A DNA stretch of 62,305 nt, counting the filler, from Basidiobolus ranarum (lineage: Eukaryota): the NCBI GenBank assembly GCA_040143965.1. It is 8 parts of 8 records of this genome, joined end to end, with 100 filler letters (N's around TTAATTAATTAA, not from the genome) between each part and the next. Parts side by side here need not be neighbours in the genome. Positions count along the whole stretch, not along the records: positions 39,052 to 46,743 come from JASJQH010001080.1; positions 46,844 to 54,527 come from JASJQH010001081.1; 6 more parts are not named here. One strand, given 5' to 3'. The position numbers were made by a program, and so were the translations under genes. Positions 39,052 through 48,599 of the stretch are shown here, one piece after another (the first letter of the stretch is position 1; each line of letters opens with the position of its first letter). Under the pieces are notes generated by a model that did not search any database, was not told the origin of the DNA, and was given only the letters and a program-made list of their open reading frames with translations.

Positions 39052-39603
39052 TTTGCTCACGGTAGTGACTGCTTCCGGGATTTGTCTTGACAAACAAATA
39101 GTAAAATGTTGAAATGTCATACTTTATGCACTTCTATACCTAAGTTTAGTCCAAGCTTTGATTGATAGCCATAAATGAACGTTAATAAGTAATTTCCGGT
39201 ATCAGTAATGCGTTTCGAATGTTGACTGGTATACATTCTTAGAATATTTTCATACTTATGATGTTTACAAGATAGGAAAGAGAAAAGAATGTACTACTCT
39301 AATTACTATTTATGTTTTGTGGAAGTAGCTTAGTCCAGGACTAAATTAGGCGCTAGTTACTTGATTTACAACGATAAAATATTTATTACATTATTCAATT
39401 GAACACAAAAAAAACATTTCGAAATTACTACAGTTTGGTTAACATCAAGACAAGAAACAGCTGACTCCAGGTCAGTAAAGTATTGGTTGTACATTGTGGG
39501 TTACGTACAGGTCATATGAATAGCGTGAATCTTCAGATTGCTAGTGATAAAGCTGCTAATTATAAGTTAAATTAAATGGAACGCTAGCCTTGTTGTACTG
39601 AGT

Positions 39604-39990
39604 TCAATTACTGAGAGAATCTACACCATTACTTATTAATGATCGGAGGTGGTCACGCAAGGAAACGCTTCGCTTCTTGGTGTGACCACAGAACCACCTT
39701 CCACATAAGTCATGTAAATCCCGCTTATCATTCATGGTAGATGGTTGTTCATGTACTATTTGCTCTTCAATTTTTACAGCAGTCGTCCGCTTAGAATCAG
39801 TGTTGGCTGTTTCGACTTGAACAACTACAGAGATTTCTTCACGTTTGGTATGACCGCAGAACCATCTACCGCACAAGTCATGAAGATCCCTTTTATCTCC
39901 TGCTACCGATTGGAAATGTTGATTTGTAGGTAAACTTTCTACGGTCAGAGTAAGAACAATAGAGACTACGAAGATGCTGATAAATTTCAT
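39604..39990 (-). CDS. Secreted Kex2-processed repeat peptide precursor 1 (2x DLHDLCGRWFCGHT)
   Basis: Signal peptide MKFISIFVVSIVLTLTVES|LP; cores at 39847-39888 and 39679-39720, each flanked by KR ... KR/KKR. Confidence 0.92.
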   Translation of the reverse strand: MKFISIFVVSIVLTLTVESLPTNQHFQSVAGDKRDLHDLCGRWFCGHTKREEISVVVQVETANTDSKRTTAVKIEEQIVHEQPSTMNDKRDLHDLCGRWFCGHTKKRSVSLRDHLRSLISNGVDSLSN

Positions 39991-40062
39991 GACTGTATTG
40001 GAAAGATACGTAGTGCTGATGTTGTAATAGAACTGATTGAAGAGTATCGCTCTGGCGCCTAG

Positions 40063-40316
40063 CTACTTATATGGTTTAACGGTCATATCTCGGGTAAAAT
40101 GCATTTCATCGGTTAATTCGTGATTCTCAGTCGCCTGATTCCTAGAATATTGGATTTTACAGATTAATTTAGATGATTCCTTGGGTAAATATCTTGATGG
40201 TGTCAAGAGACATCTCAGAAAATAAGGTTTTGACAGGCTAGTGGGCTTAGGCATTTCTCAGAACAAATATGATGAGACAGTGAAATCCCAGATTCTCAGT
40301 TGTTGGATTCCTTGAA
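40063..40316 (-). promoter_or_regulatory. Representative promoter of the precursor genes: TATAAGTAG plus several TTCnnnGAA palindromes
   Basis: TATA at 40063-40071 (paralogous sites 41073, 42236, 43253, 45072, 46335); TTCnnnGAA at 40139, 40255 and 40308. Confidence 0.65.
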
Positions 40317-40629
40317 TATATATTATTTTGTACAAGTTGACCTTTTTGATAGCGTGATTTTAAAGCATTGATTCTCGCCCAATATCACGATCAATTTATC
40401 CAGATATAGATTTGAGTATAGTAGAATATTCCCAATTTAGTAGATTCACAAAATGCCAATAAATTATATTAACACCAGATAGTTTATTAAATGTTAATTG
40501 AGAGTCAAGAAAGGGGGAGTATTCAAAATCACCACAGGTATGTTGACAAAAAGATAAGAGAAAACTGACTCCCGGACAGTAAAGTAATTAAATAATATGA
40601 TTAGTTAAATGCGGTAATAACTATGATGT

Positions 40630-41001
40630 TCAACTACTCAGATTGTGAGCAATTTCCTCCTTATAAGATCTAAGATAGTTGCGAAGAATAACGCTTCTTT
40701 TTCTTGTATGTCCGCAAAACCATCTGCCACAAAGGTCATGGAGATCTCGCTTGTCGCTAGTAAGTGATTGTTCACGCACTGTTTGCCCCTCACTTTTAGT
40801 AGAGTGGTTGGTGGACGATGATTCGCTTGACCCTACTGGAGATTGATTCTCACGTTTAGTGTGACCACAGAACCACCTGCCGCACAGGTCGTGTAAGTCT
40901 CTCTTGTCTCTTGCTAATTCTTTGGTACCTTGACCCATAGGCAGGCCTTGAGCAGCCATAGTGAAGACAAAAGAAGCAACTAACATGGTAGCAAATTTCA
41001 T
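40630..41001 (-). CDS. Peptide precursor 2 (2x DLHDLCGRWFCGHT)
   Basis: ATG at 41001 (MKFATML...AQG|LP); dibasic-flanked cores. Confidence 0.92.
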   Translation of the reverse strand: MKFATMLVASFVFTMAAQGLPMGQGTKELARDKRDLHDLCGRWFCGHTKRENQSPVGSSESSSTNHSTKSEGQTVREQSLTSDKRDLHDLCGRWFCGHTRKRSVILRNYLRSYKEEIAHNLSS

Positions 41002-41965
41002 GATGGTATTGAAAGATATTTGGGGTTGATATGTTAACAGCACTATTTGATAAATCTCACACTGTCACCTAGCTACTTATATAGTTTAGCGACTTTTTCT
41101 CGTGTGTTGGAGGCAAAAATCAGGTTCATGTTGCGGAGTTGATTGATTCCCAGAACGCGTATCAGGTGACACACATTGGCGTAATATGAATTAAAGTATT
41201 CTGCCTGCTATATTTCTTTACCAAAGTTGTAATATTAAACTTAATTGAAAATCATTCATGTACGCTGACTTATGGTTTTCATCTTCCCGTATTGGAGCAC
41301 GCTTCTGAATGCTAATCCCACTTTCAAACTTGTACTGTTCACCAGGCAACATATCAGAATAGGATTCTCTACCTTCATTACTTTTATATGCTACTGAAGC
41401 AGCAAGAAAACTAAAGCGAATCGCATGATTCTTGGAAAAAACTGGGAAGTATACCATCCCGATATCTAATCTCTTTAATAGTGTAACTATCATTCTGCGA
41501 AGGTTATGAAATCAATTAAATGATTCGTGTTTCTCACTTGGTTGATTCCCAGAATACAAATTTGGTGACACCACAGAACAGGTACCTCTACAAAATCAAT
41601 TTTATTCCGCTAATCTAAAATTATTGACTATACTAACTATCTTCACTATCTGACATGCTCTAGTCAACACGCGTTTAGGATAAAAATGGTAGAGTGAATT
41701 TTAGCATGAGAGACGATAATTCAAGTCAAATATTAAGGTATTCCACTTTATATACAACATATTGTTAAGTCAGTTAGTTTCTAACAAATATACATCTCTA
41801 TACCAAATGCTCTCTTGATGTACGACATACAGATATTAATAAATTGAATACGAAAGGAAAAAGTTCAAAATTATGTCAGTTTAGCTAGTGAAAAAGTATC
41901 AAAAAACCACGGTTAACGGAAGATTGCTTGTGCATTGATGGCGATGATCTTAAGCATATGTATTG

Positions 41966-42172
41966 CTATGAAATACTGAAATCAACTGGGGTATTACTTT
42001 GCCCTGCTAAAGGGATTTCCGCACGCCTAGTGTGGCCACAGAACCACCTACCACATAAGTCATGAAGGTCTCTTTTATCTTCCGCTGCAACCTTGAAATC
42101 TAGATCCAAAGGTAGACTTTGTACTGTTAAAGTGAGAACAGTAGAAAGTAAAAGTATACTGGTCACTTTCAT
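41966..42172 (-). CDS. Peptide precursor 3 (single core, 68 aa)
   Basis: MKVTSILLLSTVLTLTVQS|LP...DKR-DLHDLCGRWFCGHT-RR; stops within the spacer region. Confidence 0.85.
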   Translation of the reverse strand: MKVTSILLLSTVLTLTVQSLPLDLDFKVAAEDKRDLHDLCGRWFCGHTRRAEIPLAGQSNTPVDFSIS

Positions 42173-42827
42173 AGTTATATCAGAAATATAATGAGTCAAT
42201 AGAACAGTTTGAATAGCATCATCTCCTCATTTGTTTACTTTTATAGTTCAATAGCCATGGCGAAGACAAAATGCATAAAGTAGTGGTTTGATTCCTAGAA
42301 TGGTACGTTATACAACTAATCTGAATGTCACCAACTCTACTGAATATTTCAATAATCAAGAGAGGCACTTTTGTTAAATATTTCTTAGAAAAAATACGAT
42401 GAGACAGTGTCATTGATTCACTTGTTGCATTCCTAGAATATCCAGTGATACAAAGTGATATCTCTAACCATTTCAAGATTAAGCAAGTTACCTTTTAAAA
42501 TGTCCCGGTTGCTTTATCCGGATACATTGACGTTTAACATGATATGCATATAATTCAGAAATACTAGTGATATTTTTAATTTGTTCTGGCTAAAGATCAC
42601 TAGATAATGATCGATGAACGATAATTAAGAGGAAAATATCAAAATTTATTTTAATTACTTGTTTGTTGACAAAAAGGTTGGTAATAACTGACATCTGGGG
42701 CGTGGAAATGTGCTTGATATACTACTTACAGAGATATAGCCATATTCCCAAAGGACTAAAAAGGTAGCAGTAGGTAATAAGTTGCTTTATGGTGTAGTGC
42801 TTAACTGTGGAAATAGTTCACATGTTC

Positions 42828-43208
42828 TTATTTTGTGGATCTGAGATTGTTACGGAGTATAACACTTCTTTTTCTGGTATGCCCGCAGAACCATCTGCCA
42901 CATAGGTCATGTAAATCTCGCTTGTAACTTGTGGTGGTGAGCAATTGCTCATTGACCGTTGTCTTTTCAATCTTAGTTTGTTCTGAATCGACAATTGGGG
43001 ATTCATCTACACCCACTATAGAGGCTTCTAGGACAGATGTTACTGAAGATGCATCCTCGCGTTTAGTATGGCCACAGAACCATCTGCCGCACAGATCGTG
43101 TAAATCTCTCTTGTCTCCTGCTATTGTTTGGACGCTTTGGTCTATAGGTAGGCTTTGAACAACTAATGATACAACAGTAGAAGCAACAGCTAAGGTGGAG
43201 AATTTCAT
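42828..43208 (-). CDS. Peptide precursor 4 (2 cores, shortened tail)
   Basis: MKFSTLAVASTVVSLVVQS|LP; the upstream ATG at 43247 lies only a few nt from the TATA box, so 43208 is preferred. Confidence 0.92.
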   Translation of the reverse strand: MKFSTLAVASTVVSLVVQSLPIDQSVQTIAGDKRDLHDLCGRWFCGHTKREDASSVTSVLEASIVGVDESPIVDSEQTKIEKTTVNEQLLTTTSYKRDLHDLCGRWFCGHTRKRSVILRNNLRSTK

Positions 43209-44161
43209 GGCTGAGAAAGTGAATCGTGAAGAATGATACTCGGACATCTAGTTACTTTTATAGTTTAGTCAACATATCTCAAAGTGCTTCTCAGTTGGCT
43301 GATTCCCAGAATACAAATTGAGTAGTACGATCCGTAAATGGATGGAGCAGGTTAAGCTTTCGTGCAAAATCGAGTGCATCCATAAGACATTGGATCAGAG
43401 GTTATCGAACCTTGGCTCAACGTAATAATATAATAATGACAACAAAATAGTATGGCGTAGATTATCGGATTAACTACACATACATATATAACAGATAAAT
43501 TCAGAGTGAAGATTGTCCATCATTATCCACTCCGGCGAATATCTCAATAACTTCAAGAGATATCTCTAAAGTATGTTTCGGTAATTTGACTACTTATTGA
43601 ACTTACCGAGAATTTCTTAGTAGAAATACAGTGAGACAGTGTCAGCTAGATTCGAAGTGGTTGAATTCCTAGAATAACACAAATTGACATTTCATACAAT
43701 ATGAGGATAAAACATGTTAATCTCCCTAGAATTTCCGGATTGGTTTTTCTCATAGCCATTTTCTACTTGGATATATGCATAAGAACATCTACGATAAGTC
43801 AATTCTTGTGAGATATTAGATGAACTATCACCATGTTCTTATTTTAGCGAACATACAAGGAAGAGAAGCGTAATTCTTCGCGTGAGCCTATCTAACTATT
43901 CCATATATATTCAATCATGAATACTCTGAGTTAATGATCGGCTATACACAGGCTGGAAATATGCTTACATAACCAGGTCAATTCTGGTTTAAATATACTC
44001 ATCAAACTGGTATATGTTCGAAGTATAGTACTCTGTGAATGAGGCTAATAAAAGTTAACCGTCACATTATCTCATACTACTCATTCTAAGATGTCTTCAA
44101 GAAGGAATATAAATATCTGCTGCTAACTTTACTTTAATAACATTGAATCAAGATTACACCT

Positions 44162-44551
44162 ATGAAGCTCTCCAGTATGATTATTACTTCTGTCATTCTT
44201 ACTCTGACAGTTCAAAGTCTACCTACGGGTCAAATCTTCAATGGATTAGCTGGAGACAAGAGAGACCTGCATGATTTGTGCGGCAGATGGTTCTGTGGTC
44301 ATACTAAACGTGGTGAAGAAGAATCCCTAACGAGCTTAACTGATGCAGCAGTCACCAACACGGAGCTAAAGACTCTCACCAAGACTGAGGAGCAGAAAGT
44401 ACATGAACAGTCATCCACTACTAACGACAAGCGGGATTTACATGACCTTTGTGGTAGATGGTTTTGTGGCCACACTAAGAAGCGAGGCATAACTCTACGT
44501 GATCATACAAGGTCTGAACTCAAGAAAAGTATAGAACATTTACGTAGATGA
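44162..44551 (+). CDS. Peptide precursor 5 (2 cores)
   Basis: MKLSSMIITSVILTLTVQS|LP; KR-flanked cores. Confidence 0.92.
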   Translation: MKLSSMIITSVILTLTVQSLPTGQIFNGLAGDKRDLHDLCGRWFCGHTKRGEEESLTSLTDAAVTNTELKTLTKTEEQKVHEQSSTTNDKRDLHDLCGRWFCGHTKKRGITLRDHTRSELKKSIEHLRR

Positions 44552-45169
44552 AGACTGTAACACGAAGCAGTCTTTTAATAGTGTGAATTTGTTTGTGAGT
44601 GCGATATACACAATTCGTCAAATGATTAGTTCAGTTGATACATCCTACATTTCACCTACTAATTTATCAAGCCATTCATCACTGACCCGGAGTCAGTTAT
44701 CTTACCCTTGCTTCAACAATACTGTTGTAATTTTGTACTCTCTTTATTTGACAAATAATTGAAACAATAAATATTCTAATATCGACATGCTTTGCTTAAA
44801 ACAGAGTGTTATTCATCGCAGTTATCTCCAATATGTGATAGAACATATACCGGACAGCCAAAGTAGCTGAGTATTATATAGTAATACCGCTACAGGGTCA
44901 GATATTATAATCGCAGGTAATGTGTTTAAATCCATCCAAGTTTAATCCGGTTGAAATGTACTAAGTTGGAATGTAATTCATTCGAATCACAAAATGTTCT
45001 GGGAAAGCAGATACTCAGAATTACTGATTGCTCCAATGTTTACTATACATTCTCAGAAAATCACTAAAACGTATAAGTAGCCAACAAATAGAGCATACAT
45101 CCTCCGATCTCGTCACTTCTTCTATATCATCGACACTACAACAAACTTGACTATCTTTCCACTGCAATA

Positions 45170-45628
45170 ATGAAGCTTACCAGCTTATACGTCGCCATTA
45201 CTCTGTTTACCTTGACTGCTCAAAGTCTACCTATGGGACAAGGCTACACGGCATCAACAGCAGATAAACGAGACTTACATGCCCTATGTGGAGGATGGTT
45301 CTGTGGCCATACAAAGCGTATGGAAACATCTCAGGAGAGTGGACTAGGCTTACCAATTACCAACTCCAAAAATGGAGCTCATATCAAAGAGGAAGATAAG
45401 GAACTCTATACACCCAACGACAAAAGAGACCTACATGACCTGTGTGGTGGGTGGCTTTGTGGACACACAAAGAGAAGTATCACCTTACGTGGCAACATCA
45501 TCTCTGCAATAAAGAAGAGTGCAGAATACTTAAACGATCAAATCCTTTACAACAAAGCGAGGTCAGAAATAGTAAAAGATGTTAACCATCCTGGCCTTGA
45601 TCGTTTTTGTGGAGGCTGGTTCTGCTGA
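45170..45628 (+). CDS. Peptide precursor 6 (variant cores DLHALCGGWFCGHT and DLHDLCGGWLCGHT; C-terminal degenerate LDRFCGGWFC)
   Basis: Same signal and pro-region architecture with substituted cores. Confidence 0.9.
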   Translation: MKLTSLYVAITLFTLTAQSLPMGQGYTASTADKRDLHALCGGWFCGHTKRMETSQESGLGLPITNSKNGAHIKEEDKELYTPNDKRDLHDLCGGWLCGHTKRSITLRGNIISAIKKSAEYLNDQILYNKARSEIVKDVNHPGLDRFCGGWFC

Positions 45629-45815
45629 TGCATTAGCCACTTTAACAGTATATATATAGCTAATTCGAACATGTAATATTTAATTTTGACAATGGTTTCT
45701 CACTGCGATTTTGGCATCAAAATAAAAGAAGTTGGTTTATGTTGAGATTGAGAGCTATTAAATCCACTATATCTACTTTATAAAGAGAGTTTATATGTAT
45801 ATTATATGTTAGTAG

Positions 45816-45875
45816 GGAAGACGAGATCTACATGACCTATGTAATAACACTAAACACGGAGAAATATCGCTGGGG
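45816..45875 (+). pseudogene. Remnant of a peptide core (GRR-DLHDLC-NN-TKHGEISLG)
   Basis: AGA CGA GAT CTA CAT GAC CTA TGT at 45819-45842; preceded in frame by TAG, with no signal peptide. Confidence 0.7.
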
Positions 45876-46409
45876 ATCATGGTGGTATTACCATTATATA
45901 AACTACGTATTGAAATTTCAAGTCCTTATGCTGATACAAACACTCCAGACATTGAAGGAGATTTAATGATAGCATAGCAGTATATTCTGTTATTAAGAGT
46001 TACTTTGACTATCGAAGGCACTGCAGAGATCAACCAGCTCTATCGTCATAAAATCGAATATATCGATTTTGTGTCACTTAATATTCTTGGAATACATCAA
46101 CTGAGAATCCGGAATGACACTGTTTCATCGTATTCTTTCTAGGAGACACCTACTAAGAGCAATAATCAAACAAATGGTAAAAATGTATTTTCTGAGTTAT
46201 TACACGGTATTAGCAAGATACTCACTAAAATCAGGAGCCATCTAACTTAGCCTGTACAACCTAAGGTTCTGGGAACGAGGCGAGAGAGTATCGCAAATGA
46301 TATGTATTTTACTCGAGATGCGGCCTCTAGATTATATAAGTAGTTAGGTGATAGAACGACAGTCTTCAAGTAATTCTGTTGCAACATCAATCTCAAGTGT
46401 TCTTCAAGT

Positions 46410-46743
46410 ATGATTATGAAATTCATCAGCCTATTTTCGGTTTTTACGGTTCTTACTCTGACCGTACAAAGCCTGCCTGCAGATCAAAACTTTAGAGCTG
46501 TCGCAGAAGATAAAAGAGATCTTCATGACTTGTGCGGAAGATGGTTCTGCGGTCACACAAAACGCCAGGAAATCTCTGAAGATGATAGAAGCGAAATACC
46601 GATTATTAACTCTAAGCAAATTACTCCTAAAATGGAGGAAACAGTGCATACACAACCACCTACCGTCGGTGACAAGCGAGATCTACATGACTTGTGTGGT
46701 AGGTGGTTCTGTGGGCACACTAAGAAACGAAGTGTTTCCTTAA
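46410..46743 (+). CDS. Peptide precursor 7 (2 cores; 3' end cut by contig end)
   Basis: (MI)MKFISLFSVFTVLTLTVQS|LP; two KR-flanked cores, then KKRSVSL into the linker. Confidence 0.92.
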
Positions 46744-46843
46744 NNNNNNNNNNNNNNNNNNNNNNNNNNNNNNNNNNNNNNNNNNNNTTAATTAATTAAN
46801 NNNNNNNNNNNNNNNNNNNNNNNNNNNNNNNNNNNNNNNNNNN
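46744..46843. other. Artificial contig linker
   Basis: Same spacer. Confidence 0.98.
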
Positions 46844-48599
46844 TATACTAATGAAAATGTCTCAGATTAGTGTAATATAGTAGTGCTTTTGGTTTTATTT
46901 ATGTACATTTTATAATTCAAAGTAGAAGCTCATCGATATAAGCCAAGAATTGAGGAGCGTTGGAAAAGATTGCTATCACTGGCCTTTTGAACATCGCTAG
47001 TACCAAAAACCGATGAAGTTTTTCTAACGGGATTTTGCTAACTTGAGTGAACTAAACACAAAACTACCATGTATAGGGTAATCTTCTGTATTCCATATCG
47101 ACTTGGTAGCTTTCTATGTATCTAAACGCTTCAAGGAAAACCACACTGGGTTCTATGCTGTTATACTGCTCTGAACGATACATAACATTGCTGACATAGA
47201 AAAGGAAAGTATATGAGCAGTTGAAGTGTCAACTAATAGGATTAGTCTGTAGCAAAATTAAAATGAATTCGAACGATTAGGCCCTGGTTCAGCTTTATCA
47301 TATGAGTTGTAAGACATTCTTCTAATAGTTCTTCTCTCTTCATGCAATGAATAAAAGCAGACAACAGCAACCAAATTGAATGAATGGCCTACAACTTAAC
47401 TATGCCAATATGGGCTTTGGGGTGCTGATATATTCCAACTGCTTGCTCTCAAGCCCCTGTATCAGAGTTCTTCGTTCTTTTAGATACCGAATATTACCAA
47501 ATCAGTGATTCAGTTTTACATAACTTCTCGACATCTACCTAGAACTTCACACCGTTATGTATAGAACAGGGTAGGTGGTGTTTTTGGTATTTCACAACTT
47601 GTATTTGAATTCTCCTTGTTGGACAGGAAGATCCATCAGATAAATCCATTCTTGATTGGCCTTATTTCTCATGAACATTTACTGTAGTAGGACATGCGGG
47701 ACTTTTTCAATTCTTGATATCGCACTGACCTTACCGGATCTTGGTCACACCTTGACTCATCTTTGTATTCAGGTTTTAGGGGTGAGAGCGAAGCGATGAT
47801 TAGGGTAACATTCGGAGAATCACCATCTCTCTTGTCCCTGCTCCACATATAACACACTTCACCATATTAAAAATCGAGCATGGCTTAACTCTCTTTGCCC
47901 CTTATTTACGATCAATTTCGGACATAATCACCTCAGATCCATACTAATCATTCCACAGATATTGGATGTTTTGTGCAAGCTACACGCTTTTCTCATCTGG
48001 GAGGATTGAAAGGAAATGTGCTTGTAGATTATCGAGATTCAATGTTGTTCGCGATAGAGATTATATACAATCAGTTCTAGGTGCGCATCTAAAGTCGCCA
48101 GACCTAGGTGGATGCTCAATGGTGACACCATTAATAATATCAGTAGCATGGTGTAGATTTTCATGTGTCATCGAGCTCTTACTGTGGTTACAAGTTAGAT
48201 GGTTGGCTGGTTTATGTGCTACATTTGTATAAAAAAATGGCTCAGCTTAGACGAAGCAGTTCATGTGATCAATGCTCGCTCATCAGGGAGTTATCACTGG
48301 ATTTTATTGTAATCATGCATTGAGTTATTAACTGGGCCTCTTTTGCGAAATCCAATCAATCAGCATGGAATTAGAAATCTGAAACCAAGCCGGAGCTGGA
48401 TTCTTTTGGAATGGGATTTTAATGGTGAGGAAATTCCGTTTCCGAAGTCATGGATTAACATTAAAATAAACTTTAAAAAGCATCATTTTCGCTACCGTAA
48501 CTTTTCTACGACAGAGGAGGGCTGGATTTCTTTTTCTTTACTTTAATTCAATCCTTGTGTAAATTCCAACTGAATACTATTGACGTCACATAAATAATT

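Noticed and set aside
41560-41598. Minus-strand TTC TGT GGT GTC ACC AAA (FCGVTK) as another core remnant
   Set aside because: Short match that overlaps a duplicated promoter segment (TTCCCAGAA...GGTGACAC, also at 41147-41172); chance similarity is as likely
39679-46720. Repeat-spacer pattern of the 42-nt cores as a CRISPR-like array
   Set aside because: Repeats are conserved at protein level with synonymous variation, lie inside signal-peptide ORFs, and have no cas genes nearby; the context is eukaryotic
39052-46743. Dikaritin/ustiloxin-type RiPP biosynthetic cluster
   Set aside because: No DUF3328/UstY, tyrosinase or other tailoring gene on the contig; cannot be excluded beyond the contig ends, but nothing here supports it
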